Positions 46,722-57,211 are shown, numbered from the stretch's first letter. The stretch: 64,000 nucleotides of DNA from Prolixibacteraceae bacterium (GCA_031421065.1 JANONW010000288.1:2993-66992); one strand, 5' to 3'. Numbers and translations are program-made. The notes: generated by a model from the sequence alone, not told the origin.

Positions 46722-48062
46722 TTAGTGCACAAACGAGAACAATCTGCTCCAGCGCACTTTGTTGTAAAATGGTTGATCCTTGTCCATTGAAAGCCAGATG
46801 AAAACAGCTTTGCCAACAACATGGTCTTCAGGTACAAATCCCCAGTAACGAGAGTCGGCCGAGTTGTGACGGTTGTCGCCCATCATCCAGTAATAGTCCA
46901 TTTTGAAGGTGTAGCTGCCGGCAACCGCGCCGTTGATGTAAATGATGCTGTCAGTCACTTTTAGATCGTTGGCTTCATACAAGTCAATAATTCGCTCATA
47001 AATGGGCAGGTTGTCCATTGTAAGTTTTACAGTCTGTCCTTTTTTCGGAATTTCAAGTGGACCAAAATTGTCAACATTCCAGGGATAATTGCTGCTGTAT
47101 GGGAAAATGATTTGGTCCCAGTTTGCGGTAGGTATCAAAGTTCTTTGAACCGAAGTTACATTTTTCATGGCCTTCAGTTTTTCCTCGTTTTCCTGGGTCA
47201 AGGGGAACAAATACTGCGTATTGGAAATCTTGTGGCGATCGTCTTCCGCAATTTTCATCTGATCGAGTGTGCGTTTGTTGATCCCTGTTCCATCAGTTGT
47301 AACAATGTTGTCGTACTGCATTCCGGGGAAATGCTGCTGCTCTTTTCCATTAACGAAAAGTTGTCCGTTCTTATATTCCAGAACATCGCCGGCAATACCC
47401 ACGCAACGTTTAATGTAGTTTTCACGCTTGTCAACCGGACGGGCAATAATTTCGCCGAAAGTTTCTTTTTCCTGCCATACACGGTCGCGGCCATAGCTTC
47501 GCACCAATTGGTAATAGCTTTGGTTCTGAACATTCACGGCTACGGTATCTCCTTCAGGAAAATTGAAAACAACCACATCGTTGTTTTTTACTTTTCCAAA
47601 ACCTGCAATACGTTTGTAAGGTTTTTTAATCCACTCAACATACGACTTTTGGATTTTTGAAAGGGGCATGGTATGGTGTACAAATGGAAACGAAAGTGGT
47701 GTGTTTGGAAGTTTTGGGCCATAAGATGTTTTGCTTACAAACAGGTAATCGCCGATAAGCATTGATTTTTCCATCGAAGAAGTTGGAATGGTGTAAGCTT
47801 CGATAAAAAACATACGGATGAAAGTAGCTGCAATTACTGCAAAAATAATTGCATCGACCCATTCAACTACTTTGGTTTGTTTTCCATCAGGTGTGTTTCT
47901 CTTTTTCCAGAACGACCAGTGGATTTTCTTGGTAATATACATGTCGAAGATTACCCCAAGGACAATCAGCCACCAAAAATTTTGGAGCCAAAGCACCCAT
48001 AAAAAGTAAATCAGTCCGGCAACAGCAAATTTGAACCATTTATTGGTTAATAATTCTTTCAT
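46722..48062 (-). CDS. lepB: Signal peptidase I (Bacteroidota long form)
   Basis: IPTSSME (catalytic Ser), ENYIKRCVG (Lys), MGDNRHNSADSRYWG. Confidence 0.96.
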   Translation of the reverse strand: MKELLTNKWFKFAVAGLIYFLWVLWLQNFWWLIVLGVIFDMYITKKIHWSFWKKRNTPDGKQTKVVEWVDAIIFAVIAATFIRMFFIEAYTIPTSSMEKSMLIGDYLFVSKTSYGPKLPNTPLSFPFVHHTMPLSKIQKSYVEWIKKPYKRIAGFGKVKNNDVVVFNFPEGDTVAVNVQNQSYYQLVRSYGRDRVWQEKETFGEIIARPVDKRENYIKRCVGIAGDVLEYKNGQLFVNGKEQQHFPGMQYDNIVTTDGTGINKRTLDQMKIAEDDRHKISNTQYLFPLTQENEEKLKAMKNVTSVQRTLIPTANWDQIIFPYSSNYPWNVDNFGPLEIPKKGQTVKLTMDNLPIYERIIDLYEANDLKVTDSIIYINGAVAGSYTFKMDYYWMMGDNRHNSADSRYWGFVPEDHVVGKAVFIWLSMDKDQPFYNKVRWSRLFSFVH

Positions 48063-48076
48063 TTTTATCGTGTATT

Positions 48077-48793
48077 TTAAATGTTTAGCAAATCATTCAT
48101 GGTTAAAACCCCCTTTTTCCCATGAGAATATTCAGATGCCAAAACTGCCCCGAACGCAAATCCTTTCCTGCTTTTGGCACAATGGGTAATTTCAATGTAA
48201 TCGACTTCTGAATTATATTTAATAATGTGTGTTCCGGGAACTTCACCGACACGTTCAGATATAATCCCGATTTCAGCAGTGTTTTCAGTTCCCTGATTTA
48301 CCCATTTGGTTTTCGATGGAATATTTTCCATGATTCCTTCGGCCAAAGTAATGGCAGTGCCACTGGGCGAGTCCAGTTTCTGGGTATGATGTATTTCTGT
48401 CATTTCAACCTTGTATTCATCGCGGTCGGCCAGCAAAGCAGCTACTTTTTTGTTTACTGCAAAGAAAATGTTCACACCAAGGCTGAAATTGGAGGCATAA
48501 AAAAATGTTCCGTCCAGGTTTTTGCAATGTTCAAAAACTTCCGGTTGGCGGTCGAGCCAGCCTGTTGTACCCGAAACTACCGGGATTCCGGCTTCGAAAC
48601 AAAGCTTGTAGTTGTTTACTGCCGATGAGGGAATGGTAAATTCGATGGCTACATCTGCTTTTTGAAGGTTCCGGACGGTAAGGTCTTCCGGGTTGGTGAT
48701 GTCAATTTTCAAAACTATTTCGTGTTTACGGTCAAGAGCGATTTTTTCAATCTCTTTGCCCATTTTTCCATAACCGATTAATGCAATCCTCAT
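48077..48793 (-). CDS. dapB: 4-hydroxy-tetrahydrodipicolinate reductase
   Basis: GYGKMG, SGTTG, ASNFSLG, EIHHTQKLDSPSGTA. Confidence 0.96.
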   Translation of the reverse strand: MRIALIGYGKMGKEIEKIALDRKHEIVLKIDITNPEDLTVRNLQKADVAIEFTIPSSAVNNYKLCFEAGIPVVSGTTGWLDRQPEVFEHCKNLDGTFFYASNFSLGVNIFFAVNKKVAALLADRDEYKVEMTEIHHTQKLDSPSGTAITLAEGIMENIPSKTKWVNQGTENTAEIGIISERVGEVPGTHIIKYNSEVDYIEITHCAKSRKGFAFGAVLASEYSHGKKGVLTMNDLLNI

Positions 48794-48822
48794 TCTTAAA
48801 TTTTCTTAAATTTTCTTAAATT
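48793..48822. repeat. 10-bp tandem repeat x3 in the dapB 5' UTR
   Basis: (ttcttaaatt)3 between the TATCTTTG box (48831-48838, minus strand) and the ATG. Confidence 0.8.
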
Positions 48823-49052
48823 TTGGTCAACAAAGATATAAATTCAACCCTAATAAAGAGATACCTACTGAAGTAATCTCTTCTTTTCGGCCAACACACC
48901 CTTATTTGGTAATAAAAATGACAACTAAGGCTTTTGATGTTTCTATTCAGCGAGCTATTGGGCTTAAATTTTTATCAGTAAATTTGTGCCGACAAAGGTG
49001 GCTTTCCAACAAACTAACCTATACGTCTGTTGTTTTCTAAATTTGAAACAAA

Positions 49053-49892
49053 ATGGAGAGTGAAAAAAAGTTAAAACTAGTCGCAACTGATCTGGATGGT
49101 ACGTTTTTGATGAACGACAAGTCGATTTCGAAAGAGAATCTGGACGCTTTACGATCGTTGGGCGAAAAGGGAATTTTAAGGGTGGTGGCCACGGGCAGAA
49201 ACCTGCAAAAGACACAGGAAGTGATTGCAAACCATGTTCCGTTCGATTACATTGTTTTCTCTTCAGGTGCCGGTGTGTACGATTGGAAAAATGAGAAACT
49301 GCTGTATTATCAGAATTTGAACAAGTTGGTTGTTCGGCAATTGTCGGATTATCTGGTTGCCCGCGACCTGAATTTTCACTTGTTTAAACCTGTTCCGGAG
49401 AATTTCAAATGTTGGTATTATCGCGGAAGTATTCCCTGTTCTGAATTTGAAAGATATTTCGATTATCATCAGTCTCACTCTTTAGAGTTGTTGGCCAATC
49501 AGAATATAGATTCGGAAGCTTGTCAGTTTTTAGTTGTATTCCCAAATAATCCGGTTCGTTTTCATTTGTTGAAAGACGAGATTCAAAAAAAATTTCCGGA
49601 GGTAAAAGTGGTCAGGACCAGTTCTCCACTTGAAACTGATTATATATGGATGGAAATATTTCACCATTCGGTTTCGAAAGGTAATGGCGTAAGGTTTTTG
49701 TGCGATTGGTTGAAAATTGGGCATGAATATACGCTGGGTATCGGAAATGATTTCAATGACATGGACCTGCTTGAATTCACCAACTTTTCATACATCGTTG
49801 AAAACGGCCCTCCGGAATTGAAAGAGTTGTTTTTACCTGCCAGATCGAACGAGGAAAGCGCTTTTGCCAAAGCGGTTGGGGAACATTTCTAA
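49053..49892 (+). CDS. Cof-type HAD-IIB hydrolase
   Basis: DLDGT, ATGR, SKGNG, GNDFND. Confidence 0.9.
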   Translation: MESEKKLKLVATDLDGTFLMNDKSISKENLDALRSLGEKGILRVVATGRNLQKTQEVIANHVPFDYIVFSSGAGVYDWKNEKLLYYQNLNKLVVRQLSDYLVARDLNFHLFKPVPENFKCWYYRGSIPCSEFERYFDYHQSHSLELLANQNIDSEACQFLVVFPNNPVRFHLLKDEIQKKFPEVKVVRTSSPLETDYIWMEIFHHSVSKGNGVRFLCDWLKIGHEYTLGIGNDFNDMDLLEFTNFSYIVENGPPELKELFLPARSNEESAFAKAVGEHF

Positions 49893-50620
49893 TAATCTTT
49901 CCTGAAAAGCATTTCAGCCATTTGTAGCTGATCAGGTTTGCCCAAATCCATCCAAATAGTAGAGGTGTCTAAATATCCCCGTATAGGTTCGGTTCGGGCA
50001 AGTCTGAGGTAAAGGTCCATAATTGGGAATTTGCCTTTTTCTGTAATTAGCTCAAATAGTTCGGGTTGAACAATATGAATACCGCTAAATGCATAGGGAA
50101 CAGAACCGGCAAAAGTATCTTCACGACTTATTCTTGTTTCCCCGTTGCTGAAGTTTTTCCATCCTGCAAGCTGAAGATCCTTGTCGAACATTAAATATCG
50201 TGAAGTATCCCTTTGCCTAACCACTAAAGTTGCCAGTGAGCCTGATGCAGTGTGATAATTTTCAAGCAGGTTCAAATCGAGATTGCCGATCACATCGACA
50301 TTGTATATCAGGATTGGTTCGCTCCCCGCCAAAAATGTCTCTGCTTTATTTAACCCACCACCGGTATCCAGCAATTCTTCACGCTCATCGGAAATGTGAA
50401 TCTGCACTCCGGGAAAGGGATGACTCTCCATAAACGAAATAACATGATCGGCAAAATGAAAAACATTGATGGTAATATCAGTGATTTGATGTGAAATCAG
50501 TTTTTCAATGGCATGTTGCAGCAGTGGTTTCCCTGCAAGCTGAACCAATGCTTTCGGTTTATCGCTGGTATGTTCTTTCAGTCGGGTTCCCAATCCGGCT
50601 GCAAAAATGAGTGCTTTCAA
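49889..50620 (-). CDS. Sugar-phosphate nucleotidyltransferase (MurU-like; TTG start)
   Basis: FAAGLGTRL..KPKAL, LLDTGGG, YNVD, WMDLGK. Confidence 0.88.
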   Translation of the reverse strand: MKALIFAAGLGTRLKEHTSDKPKALVQLAGKPLLQHAIEKLISHQITDITINVFHFADHVISFMESHPFPGVQIHISDEREELLDTGGGLNKAETFLAGSEPILIYNVDVIGNLDLNLLENYHTASGSLATLVVRQRDTSRYLMFDKDLQLAGWKNFSNGETRISREDTFAGSVPYAFSGIHIVQPELFELITEKGKFPIMDLYLRLARTEPIRGYLDTSTIWMDLGKPDQLQMAEMLFRKDY

Positions 50621-50814
50621 TGTTGCTGGTTTTGAATTTCTTCAAAAATAAACATATTGCCCATCCAATAAGGTTTCTGTTTAAAAATTATTTTTCTGCG
50701 ATATTTGTTTTCTAAGGATAGAGAAAATTATATGAATTTCATGATTAAACTTTTTTAGTAAGAAACAGTCAATGCATCAGAAAACAATTAAATCAGGATT
50801 AAAAAATCGATCAG

Positions 50815-51288
50815 ATGAAAAAATTAAGTTTACTAATGGTAATGTTTCTGATTTTATCAGGAATTACCTTCGCCCAGGAACGTGGCGGTGGCGAACGTCC
50901 ATCCAGAACTCAGCAGCAAGGCAGACCGGGAGGAATGGGCGATCGGCAACAGATGACTCCGGAACAAAGGATTCAACGTCAAACTCAACAGTTGGTTGAA
51001 GAACTGAAATTAACCAAGGAACAGGAAGCCAAAGTGACTGCAATCAATAAAAAGTATCAGGAAAAACAATCGTCAGTCGATTGGTCTAAAATGCGCGATG
51101 CCAGCGATGCTGAGCGGACAAAAATGCGCGAAGAAAGAAGCAAGGTACAGGCTGAAAAAGACAAGGAGGTCAAAGCCGTTTTGAAGGCTGACCAGATCAA
51201 GTTGTACGATGAAATGCTGAAAAAACGTGAAGAAAACAGAAGGAACGGTCCGGGGCGCATGGGGGGTCAGGGCGGCCAGGGTCAATAG
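50815..51288 (+). CDS. Secreted helical protein, Spy/CpxP-like (LTxxQ)
   Basis: Signal peptide, LKLTKEQ and LKADQ motifs, R/E/Q-rich helices. Confidence 0.7.
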   Translation: MKKLSLLMVMFLILSGITFAQERGGGERPSRTQQQGRPGGMGDRQQMTPEQRIQRQTQQLVEELKLTKEQEAKVTAINKKYQEKQSSVDWSKMRDASDAERTKMREERSKVQAEKDKEVKAVLKADQIKLYDEMLKKREENRRNGPGRMGGQGGQGQ

Positions 51289-51313
51289 TTAATAATTCGT
51301 TTGGTTTTAAGAG

Positions 51314-51337
51314 AGAAAGGGGCGAAAGCCCCTTTCT
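51314..51337. terminator. Bidirectional terminator
   Basis: agaaaggggc-GAAA-gcccctttct between convergent genes. Confidence 0.85.
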
Positions 51338-51826
51338 TTATTTTGTCAGATCATCTCGTAATGCCAGCATTTTAATGGCAGTAACTGCTGCTTCGTCGCC
51401 TTTATTTCCCAGCTTCCCTCCTGCACGGTCGAGCGCCTGTTGTTGATTGTCGGTGGTAAGTAATCCGAATATAAATGGCTTGTTGTATTTTATGTTCAGA
51501 TTGGTAATTCCCTGGGTCACTCCTTGGCAGATGAAATCAAAATGACGGGTTTCGCCCTGAATTACACATCCCAGAATGATAATGGCATCTACCTTGGTAA
51601 ATTCTGCAAAATATTGCGCCCCCAAAGTCAGTTCAAAGCTGCCGGGAACATGCTTCAATATAATGTTTTCGTCTTTAGCACCATGTTTTATTAATGTGTC
51701 AACCGCACTCTGTGCCAATGCTCCGGTTACTTCATAGTTCCATTCTGCAACAACAATCCCGAACTTCATTTCTGAAGCTGAAGGAACAGAGGACAGATCA
51801 TATTCTGATAAATTTTTTGTAGCCAT
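51338..51826 (-). CDS. ribH: 6,7-dimethyl-8-ribityllumazine synthase
   Basis: [31 protein letters not shown]. Confidence 0.97.
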   Translation of the reverse strand: MATKNLSEYDLSSVPSASEMKFGIVVAEWNYEVTGALAQSAVDTLIKHGAKDENIILKHVPGSFELTLGAQYFAEFTKVDAIIILGCVIQGETRHFDFICQGVTQGITNLNIKYNKPFIFGLLTTDNQQQALDRAGGKLGNKGDEAAVTAIKMLALRDDLTK

Positions 51827-51854
51827 TTTGTGATTTTAAATTTTTGGTAAAAAT

Positions 51855-51885
51855 AAAAAATCCCCTGCAATGAGGGGACTTTTTT
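51855..51885 (-). terminator. Hairpin terminator between the TPR gene and ribH
   Basis: tcccct-gcaatg-agggga with T runs on both strands. Confidence 0.6.
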
Positions 51886-51908
51886 ATATTATCAGTAAAA
51901 TAAACGTT

Positions 51909-52601
51909 TTAGCTGTTCATTTTAACTTTTGCACGGGCAATGTATTTATCAATGTTTCTTCCTTCATTACTTTCAGGAAATTTTTGCTTGATAGTTTCAT
52001 ATATTTTCAGCGCTTCAGCACTTTTGTCGGTGCTTTCAAGCAACTCGGCCGCTTTAAGCATATAAATCGGAGTGGTCAACTCGTTTTCGTTCAATTTATA
52101 AGCTTTGGTATATAAATCAAGTGCCTTGTCTGTTTTTCCTAATTCAAGTTGAGCGTCGCCCTGAGCGCCTAACGAAATAGGTTTCAGTAGTATATCATCA
52201 GTCTTAAATTTTTGTAGGTTTTCAATTGCCTCCTCAAACTGACCCATCTGCAAATAGGAAACTCCTGCATAATATTTTGCCAGATTGCCGGCATCGGTCG
52301 AACCGAAGTCGTCAATAATGTCAAGAAATCCAAGGTTACCACCATCTCCGTTGAGAGCAAGATTGAATGAATCTTTTTCAAAGTAGTTCTGGGCCACGTA
52401 CATTTGATCTTTCGCTTCCTGGTCGCGCGGATCGAGGTAGAACTTGTTTAAAGCAAGATACCCAACTACTACAATCACTATTGAACCAATCACTATTGAA
52501 ATCAGTTTTTGGTTTGATTCGAGAAATTGCTCGGTTTTGGTTAATGCGCTTTCTACTTCGGTTAAATTATCAGCCTGGTTATTTTTTTTGTCTTTTGTCA
52601 T
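51909..52601 (-). CDS. Membrane-anchored TPR protein (YfgM-like); start moved to ATG 52601
   Basis: Single TM helix then TPR helices; TATTTTTG box at 52633-52640 lies inside the longer ORF call. Confidence 0.8.
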   Translation of the reverse strand: MTKDKKNNQADNLTEVESALTKTEQFLESNQKLISIVIGSIVIVVVGYLALNKFYLDPRDQEAKDQMYVAQNYFEKDSFNLALNGDGGNLGFLDIIDDFGSTDAGNLAKYYAGVSYLQMGQFEEAIENLQKFKTDDILLKPISLGAQGDAQLELGKTDKALDLYTKAYKLNENELTTPIYMLKAAELLESTDKSAEALKIYETIKQKFPESNEGRNIDKYIARAKVKMNS

Positions 52602-52787
52602 TTCGTAAAGTCTATTTTCAAAAATCGTGAGGCAAAAATATATTTTTTTCAAAAATAAATGGCAGTTTTCAGATATTAAATTGAATATTAATGAACACTT
52701 TAATGTTAATCTCTTGTTAAACGATTATTTTCATCGGTTCCCATGTAGAAATTTGTAGTTTTGTTCCGTCAAAATGGTCCTGAAAAT

Positions 52788-53888
52788 ATGTTTATTCAAG
52801 AATTATCGCTGGTTAATTTTAAAAACTTTGAACATTCGGAATTCAAGTTTACTGATGGATTAAATTGTTTCATTGGCAATAATGGTGCAGGAAAAACCAA
52901 CCTGATGGATGCGATTTATTATTTGTCGTTTTGTAAAAGTTTTCTGAATTCGGTAGATGCTCAGAATATACGGTTTGATCAGGATTTTTTCATGATTCAG
53001 GGAAAATACTCCCGGCTCGGTTCGGAAGAAACCATTTATTGCGGCCTGAAACGAAACCAGAAGAAAATTTTTAAACGGAACCAGAAAGACTACCGAAAAT
53101 TATCAGAACACATCGGGCTGATTCCATTGATTATTGTAACTCCGTTGGACACCAATCTGATTTCCGGCGGGAGTGAAGAACGCCGAAGGTTTGTAGATAT
53201 TGTGATTTCGCAATACAATGCCGTGTATCTCGAAAACCTGATCAGATATAACCGTGCGTTGCTTCAGCGTAACAATTTGCTAAAACAGTTCGCCGGAAGA
53301 AACACTTTCCAGTCGGAAGCGACTGAAATATGGGACGATCAGCTTGTCAAATACGGACAACAGATACACGCAGAGCGGATGATTTTCATCGACAATCTTC
53401 AACCTGTTTTTCAGCAATATTATCAGTTAATTTCAGGTGGGAAGGAACTGGTTGGTCTAAAATTACAGTCAGACTTGCTGACCAATGATTTTGACCATCT
53501 TTTAAAAGAAACTATTGGGCGCGACCGGATGTTGCAATATACCTCCAGTGGAATTCATAAAGATGATTTTGATTTTGAACTTGCAGGTTACCCGATCAAG
53601 AAATTTGGCTCTCAGGGGCAGAAAAAAACGTATTTGGTAGCATTAAAGTTGGCTCAGTTCGACTTTATGAAAGAAATTTCGGGATTGACTCCCATTTTAT
53701 TGTTAGATGATATTTTCGATAAACTGGATAAAAATAGGGTCGAACAAATAGTGAAACTGGTGGCCGACGATCATTTTGGCCAGATTTTTATTACAGATAC
53801 CAATCGCGAGCACCTCGATGTGATGATTTCCCGTTTGGATACCGAATCGCGTATTTTTACCATTAACGATGGTCAAGTTAAAAATTAA
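52788..53888 (+). CDS. recF: DNA replication/repair protein RecF; start moved to ATG 52788
   Basis: GNNGAGKTN, SQGQKKT, LLLDDIFDKLD; TAGTTTTG box at 52756-52763. Confidence 0.95.
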   Translation: MFIQELSLVNFKNFEHSEFKFTDGLNCFIGNNGAGKTNLMDAIYYLSFCKSFLNSVDAQNIRFDQDFFMIQGKYSRLGSEETIYCGLKRNQKKIFKRNQKDYRKLSEHIGLIPLIIVTPLDTNLISGGSEERRRFVDIVISQYNAVYLENLIRYNRALLQRNNLLKQFAGRNTFQSEATEIWDDQLVKYGQQIHAERMIFIDNLQPVFQQYYQLISGGKELVGLKLQSDLLTNDFDHLLKETIGRDRMLQYTSSGIHKDDFDFELAGYPIKKFGSQGQKKTYLVALKLAQFDFMKEISGLTPILLLDDIFDKLDKNRVEQIVKLVADDHFGQIFITDTNREHLDVMISRLDTESRIFTINDGQVKN

Positions 53889-53894
53889 CCTACA

Positions 53895-54185
53895 ATGAGA
53901 AAAAACAATACCCAAAGTATCAGCGATGTTCTGAGAAGTTATACACGGGAAAATAAACTGGATCGTAAACTCAATGAGCTGGACCTCATTAAATCGTGGG
54001 AATCGGTGATGGGCAAAACCGTAGCACGATATACCGGAAACCTATACATACAGAACAGTACCCTTTTTGTAGAAACGACTTCGCCTATTGTGCGGAACGA
54101 ATTACTGATGATGAGGGAGGAAATTCGCATACGCCTGAATGAAGTGGTGGGCGAAGAATTAATTAAAACGATTATTTTCAGGTAG
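53895..54185 (+). CDS. DUF721 / DciA-like protein
   Basis: IKSWESVMG, TLFVETTSPIVRNEL; typical position after recF. Confidence 0.85.
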   Translation: MRKNNTQSISDVLRSYTRENKLDRKLNELDLIKSWESVMGKTVARYTGNLYIQNSTLFVETTSPIVRNELLMMREEIRIRLNEVVGEELIKTIIFR

Positions 54186-54270
54186 GACAGTGACATAAAA
54201 TCTTTATACTTCCCGCGCTGAAATTGATAGCTCAATAATTGCAAACACGAAAATAAATAAATTTTACAAA

Positions 54271-54366
54271 ATGAAAAATTCATTGTTAGTTCTGGTCATG
54301 GTGTTTTTTGTGTCTTTAAGTATGCAGGCACAGATAAATGCAACAAGCGTGCAGGATTCCCAATAA
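54271..54366 (+). pseudogene. Signal-peptide-only ORF (31 aa)
   Basis: MKNSLLVLVMVFFVSLSMQAQINATSVQDSQ*, A-rich upstream region. Confidence 0.4.
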
Positions 54367-54483
54367 TGCGGGTGCATTCAGCAAATCAGTCACAGTTAAT
54401 TCAAATGCAAAAAATACCCCTGCTGTATTGCTGATAAAAGGGATTGTCGCGCCAAAACAATAACTCCAAAGAATTAAGGTACT

Positions 54484-55674
54484 CTATTCCACATATAGTA
54501 CCAACCCTTTCAAATATTCTCCTTCAGGATGGTAAATATCTACCGGATGGTCTGCTGGCTGAACAAGTTGATTCAGTATGCGGACTTTTCGTCCTGAAAT
54601 AGCAGCAGCAGAAAATACTGCTTCGCGGAATTTATCTTTGGTCACCACTTGTGAGCAACTGAAGGTAAACAAGATCCCGCCCGGTGCGATCTGCTGAAAA
54701 GCTTTCATGTTAAGTCGTTTGTACCCTTTTAAAGCCTGCGACAAAGCGCCGCGATGTTTGGCAAAAGCAGGAGGGTCGAGAATGATCAGGTCGTATTTTC
54801 CCTGGTTTTTGTCCATGTAATCGAAACAGTCGGCTACAAATGCTTCGTGCCGTGTATCTTCGGGGAAATTCAGTTTCACGTTTTCGTTGGTCAGTTCAAT
54901 GGCTTTGGCCGACGAATCAACCGAATGAACGACCTTTGCACCACCACGCATGGCATAAAATGAAAATCCGCCCGAATAGCAAAACATATTCAGCACTTTA
55001 CGGTCTTTCGAATATTCCTGCACCAACCGGCGGTTTTCGCGCTGATCGACAAAGAATCCGGTTTTTTGGCCTTGTACCCAGTCAACATTAAACCGGTTCC
55101 CATTTTCCTGAACTTCAAATTTAGTAGAAACGCCTAATAAATATTGGTCTTTCGCTTCCAGATCAGCTTTGAAGGGAACGGTTTTTTCACTCTTGTCGTA
55201 AACTGCATCCAACCGATCGCCCAATACTACTTTCAAAGCTTTGGCAATCACATCCCTGATCACATACATACCGGCCGAATGGGCCTGCATTACTGCGGTA
55301 CCGTTGTAAAAATCAATGATCAGGCCGGGCAGACCGTCGCCTTCGCCATGTACCAACCGGTAAACATTGGTTTCCGGATTGTCGGCCAAACCCAGCTTTT
55401 GCCTTACTTCAAAGGCTTTCGCGAGTTTCCCTTTCCAGAAATTAAAATCGGGCCCTGCTTTTTCGAACGAAAAAATGCGGACTGCAATGGAACCAATCTG
55501 AACATGGCCCATGGCAAGGAATTCATTTTTATTGGAGACAACCTCCACCACATCGCCTTCTTCAACCTTGCCTTCAATTTTATTGATGGCTCCAGAAAAA
55601 ATCCATGGATGAAAGCGCTGAAGCGATTGCTCTTTTCCGGATTTTAAAACAACCCGGCTGTATGATTTAACCAT
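54484..55674 (-). CDS. rlmI: RlmI-like 23S rRNA m5C methyltransferase
   Basis: PUA domain HPWIFSG, GQKTGFFVDQR, LNMFCYSGGF, ILDPPAF, YLKG. Confidence 0.88.
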   Translation of the reverse strand: MVKSYSRVVLKSGKEQSLQRFHPWIFSGAINKIEGKVEEGDVVEVVSNKNEFLAMGHVQIGSIAVRIFSFEKAGPDFNFWKGKLAKAFEVRQKLGLADNPETNVYRLVHGEGDGLPGLIIDFYNGTAVMQAHSAGMYVIRDVIAKALKVVLGDRLDAVYDKSEKTVPFKADLEAKDQYLLGVSTKFEVQENGNRFNVDWVQGQKTGFFVDQRENRRLVQEYSKDRKVLNMFCYSGGFSFYAMRGGAKVVHSVDSSAKAIELTNENVKLNFPEDTRHEAFVADCFDYMDKNQGKYDLIILDPPAFAKHRGALSQALKGYKRLNMKAFQQIAPGGILFTFSCSQVVTKDKFREAVFSAAAISGRKVRILNQLVQPADHPVDIYHPEGEYLKGLVLYVE

Positions 55675-55676
55675 GT

Positions 55677-56249
55677 TTACTGCTGATTGAGAGATTCGTA
55701 TATCCGGTGCGAAATCCAGGCGTCGGTAGCGGCATAAATTTGTTGAGCCTCCGAAAGTTCCAATGCTTCCCAGTTGGTAACCCGCTGCGATTTTGAAATG
55801 CGATAACCTAACACAATGGCCGATAATTTTTTAAGGCTGAAATTCTGAATTCCGTAGTCTTTTACCCTGTCCTGCAATTCAACAAAACCACCAGGTTTAA
55901 AGTGGTTTAGTTTTTGTAACCCTTTGATATCGTCGCGGATAGCAACGCCAATTTTTTCAATTTCAGGATTTTCAAGTATGCTTTTGAGTCCATTTGGCAA
56001 ACCAATTTTATTTAACCTGAATAAAAAAGCGCGATCTTTAGTAGCCAGTTGCAACAATGCCACTTCGTAAACAACCCCCTTTTTAAATGCGGGCTTGGTT
56101 TCGGTATCAAATCCCAGTACCTTTTGCCGCGCCAGATATTCAATCGAGACCAGATAGTCTTCTTTCGACTCAACCAACATTATTTTTCCTTCAAACTGAA
56201 TCAGTGGCAATTCGGCCAATTCTTCCTTATCAATACTCTCTTTGTACAT
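55677..56249 (-). CDS. DEDDy 3'-5' exonuclease (RNase D/WRN-like); start moved to ATG 56249
   Basis: GFDTETKP, LLQLAT, SNW-like VTNWE, YAATDA. Confidence 0.88.
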   Translation of the reverse strand: MYKESIDKEELAELPLIQFEGKIMLVESKEDYLVSIEYLARQKVLGFDTETKPAFKKGVVYEVALLQLATKDRAFLFRLNKIGLPNGLKSILENPEIEKIGVAIRDDIKGLQKLNHFKPGGFVELQDRVKDYGIQNFSLKKLSAIVLGYRISKSQRVTNWEALELSEAQQIYAATDAWISHRIYESLNQQ

Positions 56250-56254
56250 CTTTC

Positions 56255-56881
56255 TCATTCCCCCTGATACGAAAACCGGTCGTTCAACCAATCTGGGTTC
56301 CGTTTTTTATTTTTTGATCCTGTATTTTGTTTTTTTGTCGGTTCCTGATCATCCTCTTTATTTTCAGCATAAATCAGATTGTGAACCGCCCTTAAACAAT
56401 TCACCAACGTCTGTCCCCACAAAAGCGAAAAATTATTTTTGCATTCCCAAACAGCCTGCTCCATCACCTCGTCGTTCAGCATCCGATACGACATCACCAG
56501 ATCCTTCATTTCCTGATAAATATCCGATACATTTTCAGAAATACTAGCGGTCAGCGCCGATTCGCTGAACTGCATGCCCGATAAAAAAACTTCCTGATAA
56601 TCATCGTTAGCTCCCGTATGACGGAGAATTTTCTGTTGTATGATGCTGTAATCCATTTCAGTCACAAATTTTTCCAAATCCTCGTAAGACTCGAATTCGA
56701 ATTCGGGCAACAAGCTGGCTTTCAGATATAACAGTGGAAGCATTTTTTGTAAACGGTTCAGAAAATCAGGAGATTCAAAGTCTTCCGATCGTTCAAGAAA
56801 GCTGCAAAATTCGTTGGCTACGGTAATAAATTCAATTACATTTTTTGAATAGGCAATACTATTCAATCCTTCTTCACTCAT
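56255..56881 (-). CDS. DUF5063-family protein; start moved to ATG 56881
   Basis: NVIEFITVANEFC, LPLLYLKA, ISENVSDIYQ, WGQTLVNCLRAVH; TACTTTTG box at 56906-56913. Confidence 0.8.
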   Translation of the reverse strand: MSEEGLNSIAYSKNVIEFITVANEFCSFLERSEDFESPDFLNRLQKMLPLLYLKASLLPEFEFESYEDLEKFVTEMDYSIIQQKILRHTGANDDYQEVFLSGMQFSESALTASISENVSDIYQEMKDLVMSYRMLNDEVMEQAVWECKNNFSLLWGQTLVNCLRAVHNLIYAENKEDDQEPTKKQNTGSKNKKRNPDWLNDRFSYQGE

Positions 56882-56996
56882 GAAAAGCGTTCTAAAAATA
56901 TGCAGCAAAAGTACAAAGAATTTTTGTTCAGAGGGTTTAAGGCAGGATTTAATAGAGGAATCGGGGAAAAGCGGTCATTGGTTGAAATTGGAGTGG

Positions 56997-57164
56997 CTAT
57001 TTAAAGCGAATTTGCAGGTTTAGTTTGAAATAATACTGCCCATTGTTTTCATAAATTTTCCCAAAATCGTGTCTTGTACTACTTGCTGTTTCAAGTTTAG
57101 TGTTTGCAAACAAATAGTCCTCAAATTGATTGCGGTTATAAATGTGATAACACAAAACATCGCC
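56997..57164 (-). pseudogene. C-terminal 55-aa remnant of an HpaII-family restriction endonuclease (not in ORF track)
   Basis: GDVLCYHIYNRNQFEDYLFANTKLETASSTRHDFGKIYENNGQYYFKLNLQIRFK*; in-frame stop just upstream; family recalled from memory. Confidence 0.65.
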
Positions 57165-57211
57165 AAGTATAGTTGATAAAATTCAAATTAGATCATTATC
57201 ATTTAATTCAT

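Noticed and set aside
51827-51908. FMN riboswitch upstream of ribH
   Set aside because: The gap is only about 80 bp and lacks RFN conserved motifs; it holds a simple hairpin terminator.
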